Both the position numbers and the translations under genes were made by a program. A stretch of 64,000 nt of DNA from Eledone cirrhosa (lineage: Eukaryota): assembly GCA_964016885.1 (NCBI GenBank), contig OZ024740.1, positions 409,262,001 through 409,326,000 on the forward strand, given 5' to 3'. The notes beneath the pieces were generated by a model, which worked only from the letters and a program-made list of their open reading frames with translations, searched no databases and was not told where the DNA came from. This document shows, one piece after another, positions 1 to 15,000 of the stretch (position 1 is its first letter; every line of letters starts with the position of its first letter).

Positions 1-3000
1 GATATCAACACAACCTTCGACATTTAGTCATCGATCTCATGCATGTGATATTAACACAACTTTCGACATATAGTCATCAATCTCATGCTTGTGATAAGAG
101 CGCAACTTTCGACATTTAGTCATCGATCTCATGCATGTGATATCAACACAACTTTCGATATTTAGTCATCAATCTCATGCATGTGATATGAGCACAACTT
201 TCGACATTTAGTCATCGATCTTATGCATGTGATATCAACACAACTTTCGATATTTACTCATCAATCTCATGTATGTGATATGACCACAACTTTCGACATT
301 TAGTCATCAATCTCATGCATGTAATATCAACACAACGTTCGACATTTAGTCATCAATCTCATGCATGTGATATCAACACAACTTTCGATATTTAGTCATC
401 GATCTCATGCATGTGATATGTGCACAACTTTCGATATTTAGTCATCAATCTCATGCATGTCATATGAGCACAACGTTCGACATTTAGTCATCGATCTCAT
501 GCATGTGATATCAACACAACCTTCGACATTTAGTCATCGATCTCATGCATGTGATATTAACACCACTTTCGACATATAGTCATAAATCTCATGCTTGTGA
601 TATGAGCACAACCTTCGACATTTAATCATCGATCACATGCATGTGATATCAACACAACTTTCGACATTTAGTCATCGATCTCATGCATGTGATCTGAGCA
701 CAACCTTCGACATTTAGTCATCGATCTCATGCATGTGACATCATCACAACTTTCGACATTTAGTCATCGATCTTATACATGTGATATGATCAGAACTTTC
801 GACATTTAGTCATCAATCTCAAGCATGTGATATCAACAGAACTTTCGATATTTAGTCATCAATCTCATGCATGTGATATGAGCACAACTTTCGACAATTA
901 GTCATCGATCTCATGCATGTGATATCAACACAACCTTCGACATTTAGTCATCGATCTCATGCATGTGACATCATCACAACTTTCGACATTTAGTCATCAA
1001 TCTCATGCATGTAATATCAACACAACGTTCAACATTTTGTCATCAATCTCATGCATGTGATATCAAAACAACTTTCTATATTTAGTCATCGATCTCATGC
1101 ATGTGATATGTGCACAACTTTCGATATTTAGTCATCAATCTCATGCATGTCATATGAGCACAACGTTCGACATTTAGTCATCGATCTCATGCATGTGATA
1201 TCAACACAACCTTCGACATTTAGTCATCGATCTCATGCATGTGATATTAACACAACCTTCGACATATAGTCATAAATCTCATGCTTGTGATATGAGCACA
1301 ACCTTCGACATTTAATCATCGATCACATGCATGTGATATCAACACAACTTTCGACATTTAGTCATCGATCTCATGCATGTGATATGAGCACAACCTTCGA
1401 TATTTAGTCATCGATCTCATGCATGTGATATGAGCACAACTTTCGATATTTAGTCATCGATCTCATGCATGTGATATCAATACAACTTTCGACAATTAGT
1501 CATCGATCTAATGCATGTGATATCAACACAACCTTCGACATTTAGTCATCGATCTCATGCATGTGACATCATCACAACTTTCGACATTTAGTCATCGATC
1601 TTATACATGTGATATGATCAGAACTTTCGACATTTAGTCATCAATCTCAAGCATGTGATATCAACAGAACTTTCGATATTTAGTCATCAATCTCATGCAT
1701 GTGATATGAGCACAACTTTCGACAATTAGTCATCGATCTCATGCATGTGATATCAACACAACCTTCGACATTTAGTCATCGATCTCATGCATGTGACATC
1801 ATCACAACTTTCGACATTTAGTCATCAATCTCATGCATGTAATATCAACACAACGTTCGACATTTAGTCATCAATCTCATGCATGTGATATCAACACAAC
1901 TTTCTATATTTAGTCATCGATCTCATGCATGTGATATGTGCACAACTTTCGATATTTAGTCATCAATCTCATGCATGTCATATGAGCACAACGTTCGACA
2001 TTTAGTCATCGATCTCATACATGTGATATCAACACAACCTTCGACATTTAGTCATCGATCTCATGCATGTGATATTAACACAACTTTCGACATATAGTCA
2101 TAAATCTCATGCTTGTGATATGAGCACAACCTTCGACATTTAATCATCGATCACATGCATGTGATATCAACACAACTTTCGACATTTAGTCATCGATCTC
2201 ATGCATGTGATATGAGCACAACCTTCGATATTTAGTCATCGATCTCATGCATGTGATATGAGCACAACTTTCGATATTTAGTCATCGATCTCATGCATGT
2301 GATATCAATACAACTTTCGACAATTAGTCATCGATCTCATGCATGTGATATCAACACAACCTTCGACATTTAGTCATCGATCTCATGCATGTGACATCAT
2401 CACAACTTTCGACATTTAGTCATCGATCTTATACATGTGATATGATCAGAACTTTCGACATTTAGTCATCAATCTCATGCATGTGATATCAACAGAACTT
2501 TCGATATTTAGTCATCAATCTCATGCATGTGATATGAGCACAACCTTCGACAATTAGTCATCGATCACATGCATGTGATATCAACACAACTTTCGACATT
2601 TAGTCATCGATCACATGCATGTGATATCAACACAACTTTCGACATTTAGTCATCGATCTCATGCATGTGATATGAGCACAACTTTCGATATTTAGTCATC
2701 GATCTCATGCATGTGATATGAGCACAACTTTCGATATTTTGTCATCGATCTCATGCATGTGATATCAATACAACTTTCGACAATTAGTCATCGATCTCAT
2801 GCATGTGATATCAACACAACCTTCGACATTTAGTCATCGATCTCATGCATGTGACATCATCACAACTTTCGACATTTAGTCATCAATCTCATGCATGTAA
2901 TATCAACACAACGTTCGACATTTAGTCATCAATCTCATGCATGTGATATCAACACAACTTTCTATATATAGTCATCGATCTCATGCATGTGATATGTGCA

Positions 3001-6000
3001 CAACTTTCGATATTTAGTCATCAATCTCATGCATGTCATATGAGCACAACGTTCGACATTTAGTCATCGATCTCATGCATGTGATATCAACACAACCTTC
3101 GACATTTAGTCATCGATCTCATGCATGTGATATTAACACAACTTTCGACATATAGTCATAAATCTCATGCTTGTGATAAGAGCGCAACTTTCGACATTTA
3201 GTCATCGATCTCATGCATGTGATATCAACACAACTTTCGATATTTAGTCATCAATCTCATGCATGTGATATGAGCACAACTTTCGACATTTAGTCATCGA
3301 TATTATGCATGTGATATCAAAACAACTTTCGATATTTACTCATCAATCTCATGCATGTGATATCAATACAACGTTCGACATTTAGTCATCAATCTCATGC
3401 ATGTGATATCAACACAACTTTCGATATTTAGTCATCGAACTCATGTATGTGATATGACCACAACTTTCGACATTTAGTCATCGATCTCATGCATTTGATA
3501 TGACCACAACTTTCGACATTTAGTCATCGATCTTATACATGTGATATGATCAGAACTTTCGACATTTAGTCATCAATCTCATGCATGTGATATCAACAGA
3601 ACTTTCGATATTTAGTCATCAATCTCATGCATGTGATATGAGCACAACCTTCGACATTAAGTCATCGATCACATGCATGTGATATCAACACAACTTTCGA
3701 CATTTAGTCATCGATCACATGCATGTGATATCAACACAACTTTCGACATTTAGTCATCGATCTCATGCATGTGATATGAGCACAACTTTCGATATTTAGT
3801 CATCGATCTCATGCATGTGATATCAATACAACTTTCGACAATTAGTCATCGATCTCATGCATGTGATATCAACACAACCTTCGACATTTAGTCATCGATC
3901 TCATGCATGTGACATCATCACAACTTTCGACATTTAGTCATCAATCTCATGCATGTAATATCAACACAACGTTCGACATTTAGTCATCAATCTCATGCAT
4001 GTGATATCAACACAACTTTCTATATTTAGTCATCGATCTCATGCATGTGATATGTGCACAACTTTCTATATTTAGTCATCAATCTCATGCATGTCATATG
4101 AGCACAACGTTCGACATTTAGTCATCGATCTCATGCATGTGATATCAACACAACCTTCGACATTTAGTCATCGATCTCATGCATGTGATATTAACACAAC
4201 TTTCGACATATAGTCATCAATCTCATGCTTGTGATAAGAGCGCAACTTTCGACATTTAGTCATCGATCTCATGCATGTGATATCAACACAACTTTCGATA
4301 TTTAGTCATCAATCTCATGCATGTGATATGAGCACAACTTTCGACATTTAGTCATCGATCTTATGCATGTGATATCAACACAACTTTCGATATTTACTCA
4401 TCAATCTCATGTATGTGATATGACCACAACTTTCGACATTTAGTCATCAATCTCATGCATGTAATATCAACACAACGTTCGACATTTAGTCATCAATCTC
4501 ATGCATGTGATATCAACACAACTTTCGATATTTAGTCATCGATCTCATGCATGTGATATGTGCACAACTTTCGATATTTAGTCATCAATCTCATGCATGT
4601 CATATGAGCACAACGTTCGACATTTAGTCATCGATCTCATGCATGTGATATCAACACAACCTTCGACATTTAGTCATCGATCTCATGCATGTGATATTAA
4701 CACCACTTTCGACATATAGTCATAAATCTCATGCTTGTGATATGAGCACAACCTTCGACATTTAATCATCGATCACATGCATGTGATATCAACACAACTT
4801 TCGACATTTAGTCATCGATCTCATGCATGTGATCTGAGCACAACCTTCGACATTTAGTCATCGATCTCATGCATGTGACATCATCACAACTTTCGACATT
4901 TAGTCATCGATCTTATACATGTGATATGATCAGAACTTTCGACATTTAGTCATCAATCTCAAGCATGTGATATCAACAGAACTTTCGATATTTAGTCATC
5001 AATCTCATGCATGTGATATGAGCACAACTTTCGACAATTAGTCATCGATCTCATGCATGTGATATCAACACAACCTTCGACATTTAGTCATCGATCTCAT
5101 GCATGTGACATCATCACAACTTTCGACATTTAGTCATCAATCTCATGCATGTAATATCAACACAACGTTCAACATTTTGTCATCAATCTCATGCATGTGA
5201 TATCAAAACAACTTTCTATATTTAGTCATCGATCTCATGCATGTGATATGTGCACAACTTTCGATATTTAGTCATCAATCTCATGCATGTCATATGAGCA
5301 CAACGTTCGACATTTAGTCATCGATCTCATGCATGTGATATCAACACAACCTTCGACATTTAGTCATCGATCTCATGCATGTGATATTAACACAACCTTC
5401 GACATATAGTCATAAATCTCATGCTTGTGATATGAGCACAACCTTCGACATTTAATCATCGATCACATGCATGTGATATCAACACAACTTTCGACATTTA
5501 GTCATCGATCTCATGCATGTGATATGAGCACAACCTTCGATATTTAGTCATCGATCTCATGCATGTGATATGAGCACAACTTTCGATATTTAGTCATCGA
5601 TCTCATGCATGTGATATCAATACAACTTTCGACAATTAGTCATCGATCTAATGCATGTGATATCAACACAACCTTCGACATTTAGTCATCGATCTCATGC
5701 ATGTGACATCATCACAACTTTCGACATTTAGTCATCGATCTTATACATGTGATATGATCAGAACTTTCGACATTTAGTCATCAATCTCAAGCATGTGATA
5801 TCAACAGAACTTTCGATATTTAGTCATCAATCTCATGCATGTGATATGAGCACAACTTTCGACAATTAGTCATCGATCTCATGCATGTGATATCAACACA
5901 ACCTTCGACATTTAGTCATCGATCTCATGCATGTGACATCATCACAACTTTCGACATTTAGTCATCAATCTCATGCATGTAATATCAACACAACGTTCGA

Positions 6001-9000
6001 CATTTAGTCATCAATCTCATGCATGTGATATCAACACAACTTTCTATATTTAGTCATCGATCTCATGCATGTGATATGTGCACAACTTTCGATATTTAGT
6101 CATCAATCTCATGCATGTCATATGAGCACAACGTTCGACATTTAGTCATCGATCTCATACATGTGATATCAACACAACCTTCGACATTTAGTCATCGATC
6201 TCATGCATGTGATATTAACACAACTTTCGACATATAGTCATAAATCTCATGCTTGTGATATGAGCACAACCTTCGACATTTAATCATCGATCACATGCAT
6301 GTGATATCAACACAACTTTCGACATTTAGTCATCGATCTCATGCATGTGATATGAGCACAACCTTCGATATTTAGTCATCGATCTCATGCATGTGATATG
6401 AGCACAACTTTCGATATTTAGTCATCGATCTCATGCATGTGATATCAATACAACTTTCGACAATTAGTCATCGATCTCATGCATGTGATATCAACACAAC
6501 CTTCGACATTTAGTCATCGATCTCATGCATGTGACATCATCACAACTTTCGACATTTAGTCATCGATCTTATACATGTGATATGATCAGAACTTTCGACA
6601 TTTAGTCATCAATCTCAAGCATGTGATATCAACAGAACTTTCGATATTTAGTCATCAATCTCATGCATGTGATATGAGCACAACCTTCGACATTTAGTCA
6701 TCGATCACATGCATGTGATATCAACACAACTTTCGACATTTAGTCATCGATCTCATGCATGTGATATGAGTACAACTTTCGATATTTAGTCATCGATCTC
6801 ATGTATGTGATATCAATACAACTTTCGACAATTAGTCATCGATCTCATGCATGTGATATCAACACAACCTTCGACATTTAGTCATCGATCTCATGCATGT
6901 GATATTAACACAACTTTCGACATATAGTCATCAATCTCATGCTTGTGATAAGAGCGCAACTTTCGACATTTAGTCATCGATCTCATGCATGTGATATCAA
7001 CACAACTTTCGATATTTAGTCATCAATCTCATGCATGTGATATGAGCACAACTTTCGACATTTAGTCATCGATCTTATGCATGTGATATCAACACAACTT
7101 TCGATATTTACTCATCAATCTCATGCATGTGATATCAATACAACGTTCGACATTTAGTCATCAATCTCATGCATGTGATATCAACACAACTTTCGATATT
7201 TAGTCATCCATATCATGCATGTGATATCAACACAACTTTCGATATTTAGTCATCAATCTCATGCATGTGATATGAGCACAACTTTCGACATTTAGTCATC
7301 GATCTTATGCATGTGATATCAACACAACTTTCGATATTTACTCATCAATCTCATGCATGTGATATCAATACAACGTTCGACATTTAGTCATCAATCTCAT
7401 GCATGTGATATCAACACAACTTTCGATATTTAGTCATCGAACTCATGTATGTGATATGACCACAACTTTCGACATTTAGTCATCGATCTCATGCATTTGA
7501 TATGACCACAACTTTCGACATTTAGTCATCGATCTTATACATGTGATATGATCAGAACTTTCGACATTTAGTCATCAATCTCATGCATGTGATATCAACA
7601 GAACTTTCGATATTTAGTCATCAATCTCATGCATGTGATATGAGCACAACCTTCGACAATTAGTCATCGATCACATGCATGTGATATCAACACAACTTTC
7701 GACATTTAGTCATCGATCACATGCATGTGATATCAACACAACTTTCGACATTTAGTCATCGATCTCATGCATGTGATATGAGCACAACTTTCGATATTTA
7801 GTCATCGATCTCATGCATGTGATATGAGCACAACTTTCGATATTTAGTCATCGATCTCATGCATGTGATATCAATACAACTTTCGACAATTAGTCATCGA
7901 TCTCATGCATGTGATATCAACACAACCTTCGACATTTAGTCATCGATCTCATGCATGTGACATCATCACAACTTTCGACATTTAGTCATCAATCTCATGC
8001 ATGTAATATCAACACAACGTTCGACATTTAGTCATCAATCTCATGCATGTGATATCAACACAACTTTCTATATATAGTCATCGATCTCATGCATGTGATA
8101 TGTGCACAACTTTCGATATTTAGTCATCAATCTCATGCATGTCATATGAGCACAACGTTCGACATTTAGTCATCGATCTCATGCATGTGATATCAATACA
8201 ACCTTCGACATTTAGTCATCGATCTCATGCATGTGATATTAACACAACTTTCGACATATAGTCATCAATCTCATGCTTGTGATAAGAGCGCAACTTTCGA
8301 CATTTAGTCATCGATCTCATGCATGTGATATCAACACAACTTTCGATATTTAGTCATCAATCTCATGCATGTGATATGAGCACAACTTTCGACATTTAGT
8401 CATCGATCTTATGCATGTGATATCAACACAACTTTCGATATTTACTCATCAATCTCATGCATGTGATATCAATACAACGTTCGACATTTAGTCATCAATC
8501 TCATGCATGTGATATCAACACAACTTTCGATATTTAGTCATCGAACTCATGTATGTGATATGACCACAACTTTCGACATTTAGTCATCGATCTCATGCAT
8601 TTGATATGACCACAACTTTCGACATTTAGTCATCGATCTTATACATGTGATATGATCAGAACTTTCGACATTTAGTCATCAATCTCATGCATGTGATATC
8701 AACAGAACTTTCGATATTTAGTCATCAATCTCATGCATGTGATATGAGCACAACCTTCGACATTAAGTCATCGATCACATGCATGTGATATCAACACAAC
8801 TTTCGACATTTAGTCATCGATCACATGCATGTGATATCAACACAACTTTCGACATTTAGTCATCGATCTCATGCATGTGATATGAGCACAACTTTCGATA
8901 TTTAGTCATCGATCTCATGCATGTGATATCAATACAACTTTCGACAATTAGTCATCGATCTCATGCATGTGATATCAACACAACCTTCGACATTTAGTCA

Positions 9001-12000
9001 TCGATCTCATGCATGTGACATCATCACAACTTTCGACATTTAGTCATCAATCTCATGCATGTAATATCAACACAACGTTCGACATTTAGTCATCAATCTC
9101 ATGCATGTGATATCAACACAACTTTCTATATTTAGTCATCGATCTCATGCATGTGATATGTGCACAACTTTCTATATTTAGTCATCAATCTCATGCATGT
9201 CATATGAGCACAACGTTCGACATTTAGTCATCGATCTCATGCATGTGATATCAACACAACCTTCGACATTTAGTCATCGATCTCATGCATGTGATATTAA
9301 CACAACTTTCGACATATAGTCATCAATCTCATGCTTGTGATAAGAGCGCAACTTTCGACATTTAGTCATCGATCTCATGCATGTGATATCAACACAACTT
9401 TCGATATTTAGTCATCAATCTCATGCATGTGATATGAGCACAACTTTCGACATTTAGTCATCGATCTTATGCATGTGATATCAACACAACTTTCGATATT
9501 TACTCATCAATCTCATGTATGTGATATGACCACAACTTTCGACATTTAGTCATCAATCTCATGCATGTAATATCAACACAACGTTCGACATTTAGTCATC
9601 AATCTCATGCATGTGATATCAACACAACTTTCGATATTTAGTCATCGATCTCATGCATGTGATATGTGCACAACTTTCGATATTTAGTCATCAATCTCAT
9701 GCATGTCATATGAGCACAACGTTCGACATTTAGTCATCGATCTCATGCATGTGATATCAACACAACCTTCGACATTTAGTCATCGATCTCATGCATGTGA
9801 TATTAACACCACTTTCGACATATAGTCATAAATCTCATGCTTGTGATATGAGCACAACCTTCGACATTTAATCATCGATCACATGCATGTGATATCAACA
9901 CAACTTTCGACATTTAGTCATCGATCTCATGCATGTGATCTGAGCACAACCTTCGACATTTAGTCATCGATCTCATGCATGTGACATCATCACAACTTTC
10001 GACATTTAGTCATCGATCTTATACATGTGATATGATCAGAACTTTCGACATTTAGTCATCAATCTCAAGCATGTGATATCAACAGAACTTTCGATATTTA
10101 GTCATCAATCTCATGCATGTGATATGAGCACAACTTTCGACAATTAGTCATCGATCTCATGCATGTGATATCAACACAACCTTCGACATTTAGTCATCGA
10201 TCTCATGCATGTGACATCATCACAACTTTCGACATTTAGTCATCAATCTCATGCATGTAATATCAACACAACGTTCAACATTTTGTCATCAATCTCATGC
10301 ATGTGATATCAAAACAACTTTCTATATTTAGTCATCGATCTCATGCATGTGATATGTGCACAACTTTCGATATTTAGTCATCAATCTCATGCATGTCATA
10401 TGAGCACAACGTTCGACATTTAGTCATCGATCTCATGCATGTGATATCAACACAACCTTCGACATTTAGTCATCGATCTCATGCATGTGATATTAACACA
10501 ACCTTCGACATATAGTCATAAATCTCATGCTTGTGATATGAGCACAACCTTCGACATTTAATCATCGATCACATGCATGTGATATCAACACAACTTTCGA
10601 CATTTAGTCATCGATCTCATGCATGTGATATGAGCACAACCTTCGATATTTAGTCATCGATCTCATGCATGTGATATGAGCACAACTTTCGATATTTAGT
10701 CATCGATCTCATGCATGTGATATCAATACAACTTTCGACAATTAGTCATCGATCTAATGCATGTGATATCAACACAACCTTCGACATTTAGTCATCGATC
10801 TCATGCATGTGACATCATCACAACTTTCGACATTTAGTCATCGATCTTATACATGTGATATGATCAGAACTTTCGACATTTAGTCATCAATCTCAAGCAT
10901 GTGATATCAACAGAACTTTCGATATTTAGTCATCAATCTCATGCATGTGATATGAGCACAACTTTCGACAATTAGTCATCGATCTCATGCATGTGATATC
11001 AACACAACCTTCGACATTTAGTCATCGATCTCATGCATGTGACATCATCACAACTTTCGACATTTAGTCATCAATCTCATGCATGTAATATCAACACAAC
11101 GTTCGACATTTAGTCATCAATCTCATGCATGTGATATCAACACAACTTTCTATATTTAGTCATCGATCTCATGCATGTGATATGTGCACAACTTTCGATA
11201 TTTAGTCATCAATCTCATGCATGTCATATGAGCACAACGTTCGACATTTAGTCATCGATCTCATACATGTGATATCAACACAACCTTCGACATTTAGTCA
11301 TCGATCTCATGCATGTGATATTAACACAACTTTCGACATATAGTCATAAATCTCATGCTTGTGATATGAGCACAACCTTCGACATTTAATCATCGATCAC
11401 ATGCATGTGATATCAACACAACTTTCGACATTTAGTCATCGATCTCATGCATGTGATATGAGCACAACCTTCGATATTTAGTCATCGATCTCATGCATGT
11501 GATATGAGCACAACTTTCGATATTTAGTCATCGATCTCATGCATGTGATATCAATACAACTTTCGACAATTAGTCATCGATCTCATGCATGTGATATCAA
11601 CACAACCTTCGACATTTAGTCATCGATCTCATGCATGTGACATCATCACAACTTTCGACATTTAGTCATCGATCTTATACATGTGATATGATCAGAACTT
11701 TCGACATTTAGTCATCAATCTCAAGCATGTGATATCAACAGAACTTTCGATATTTAGTCATCAATCTCATGCATGTGATATGAGCACAACCTTCGACATT
11801 TAGTCATCGATCACATGCATGTGATATCAACACAACTTTCGACATTTAGTCATCGATCTCATGCATGTGATATGAGTACAACTTTCGATATTTAGTCATC
11901 GATCTCATGTATGTGATATCAATACAACTTTCGACAATTAGTCATCGATCTCATGCATGTGATATCAACACAACCTTCGACATTTAGTCATCGATCTCAT

Positions 12001-15000
12001 GCATGTGATATTAACACAACTTTCGACATATAGTCATCAATCTCATGCTTGTGATAAGAGCGCAACTTTCGACATTTAGTCATCGATCTCATGCATGTGA
12101 TATCAACACAACTTTCGATATTTAGTCATCAATCTCATGCATGTGATATGAGCACAACTTTCGACATTTAGTCATCGATCTTATGCATGTGATATCAACA
12201 CAACTTTCGATATTTACTCATCAATCTCATGCATGTGATATCAATACAACGTTCGACATTTAGTCATCAATCTCATGCATGTGATATCAACACAACTTTC
12301 GATATTTAGTCATCCATATCATGCATGTGATATCAACACAACTTTCGATATTTAGTCATCAATCTCATGCATGTGATATGAGCACAACTTTCGACATTTA
12401 GTCATCGATCTTATGCATGTGATATCAACACAACTTTCGATATTTACTCATCAATCTCATGCATGTGATATCAATACAACGTTCGACATTTAGTCATCAA
12501 TCTCATGCATGTGATATCAACACAACTTTCGATATTTAGTCATCGAACTCATGTATGTGATATGACCACAACTTTCGACATTTAGTCATCGATCTCATGC
12601 ATTTGATATGACCACAACTTTCGACATTTAGTCATCGATCTTATACATGTGATATGATCAGAACTTTCGACATTTAGTCATCAATCTCATGCATGTGATA
12701 TCAACAGAACTTTCGATATTTAGTCATCAATCTCATGCATGTGATATGAGCACAACCTTCGACAATTAGTCATCGATCACATGCATGTGATATCAACACA
12801 ACTTTCGACATTTAGTCATCGATCACATGCATGTGATATCAACACAACTTTCGACATTTAGTCATCGATCTCATGCATGTGATATGAGCACAACTTTCGA
12901 TATTTAGTCATCGATCTCATGCATGTGATATGAGCACAACTTTCGATATTTAGTCATCGATCTCATGCATGTGATATCAATACAACTTTCGACAATTAGT
13001 CATCGATCTCATGCATGTGATATCAACACAACCTTCGACATTTAGTCATCGATCTCATGCATGTGACATCATCACAACTTTCGACATTTAGTCATCAATC
13101 TCATGCATGTAATATCAACACAACGTTCGACATTTAGTCATCAATCTCATGCATGTGATATCAACACAACTTTCTATATATAGTCATCGATCTCATGCAT
13201 GTGATATGTGCACAACTTTCGATATTTAGTCATCAATCTCATGCATGTCATATGAGCACAACGTTCGACATTTAGTCATCGATCTCATGCATGTGATATC
13301 AATACAACCTTCGACATTTAGTCATCGATCTCATGCATGTGATATTAACACAACTTTCGACATATAGTCATCAATCTCATGCTTGTGATAAGAGCGCAAC
13401 TTTCGACATTTAGTCATCGATCTCATGCATGTGATATCAACACAACTTTCGATATTTAGTCATCAATCTCATGCATGTGATATGAGCACAACTTTCGACA
13501 TTTAGTCATCGATCTTATGCATGTGATATCAACACAACTTTCGATATTTACTCATCAATCTCATGCATGTGATATCAATACAACGTTCGACATTTAGTCA
13601 TCAATCTCATGCATGTGATATCAACACAACTTTCGATATTTAGTCATCGAACTCATGTATGTGATATGACCACAACTTTCGACATTTAGTCATCGATCTC
13701 ATGCATTTGATATGACCACAACTTTCGACATTTAGTCATCGATCTTATACATGTGATATGATCAGAACTTTCGACATTTAGTCATCAATCTCATGCATGT
13801 GATATCAACAGAACTTTCGATATTTAGTCATCAATCTCATGCATGTGATATGAGCACAACCTTCGACATTAAGTCATCGATCACATGCATGTGATATCAA
13901 CACAACTTTCGACATTTAGTCATCGATCACATGCATGTGATATCAACACAACTTTCGACATTTAGTCATCGATCTCATGCATGTGATATGAGCACAACTT
14001 TCGATATTTAGTCATCGATCTCATGCATGTGATATCAATACAACTTTCGACAATTAGTCATCGATCTCATGCATGTGATATCAACACAACCTTCGACATT
14101 TAGTCATCGATCTCATGCATGTGACATCATCACAACTTTCGACATTTAGTCATCAATCTCATGCATGTAATATCAACACAACGTTCGACATTTAGTCATC
14201 AATCTCATGCATGTGATATCAACACAACTTTCTATATTTAGTCATCGATCTCATGCATGTGATATGTGCACAACTTTCTATATTTAGTCATCAATCTCAT
14301 GCATGTCATATGAGCACAACGTTCGACATTTAGTCATCGATCTCATGCATGTGATATCAACACAACCTTCGACATTTAGTCATCGATCTCATGCATGTGA
14401 TATTAACACAACTTTCGACATATAGTCATCAATCTCATGCTTGTGATAAGAGCGCAACTTTCGACATTTAGTCATCGATCTCATGCATGTGATATCAACA
14501 CAACTTTCGATATTTAGTCATCAATCTCATGCATGTGATATGAGCACAACTTTCGACATTTAGTCATCGATCTTATGCATGTGATATCAACACAACTTTC
14601 GATATTTACTCATCAATCTCATGTATGTGATATGACCACAACTTTCGACATTTAGTCATCAATCTCATGCATGTAATATCAACACAACGTTCGACATTTA
14701 GTCATCAATCTCATGCATGTGATATCAACACAACTTTCGATATTTAGTCATCGATCTCATGCATGTGATATGTGCACAACTTTCGATATTTAGTCATCAA
14801 TCTCATGCATGTCATATGAGCACAACGTTCGACATTTAGTCATCGATCTCATGCATGTGATATCAACACAACCTTCGACATTTAGTCATCGATCTCATGC
14901 ATGTGATATTAACACCACTTTCGACATATAGTCATAAATCTCATGCTTGTGATATGAGCACAACCTTCGACATTTAATCATCGATCACATGCATGTGATA

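Noticed and set aside
38-45. Plant RY element CATGCATG
   Set aside because: The motif is present, but the flanking TEs suggest an animal genome and the B3 factors that bind RY are plant proteins.
1-46. CENP-B box in the monomer (conserved TTCG)
   Set aside because: The rest of the core (TTCGnnnnAnnCGGG) is absent.
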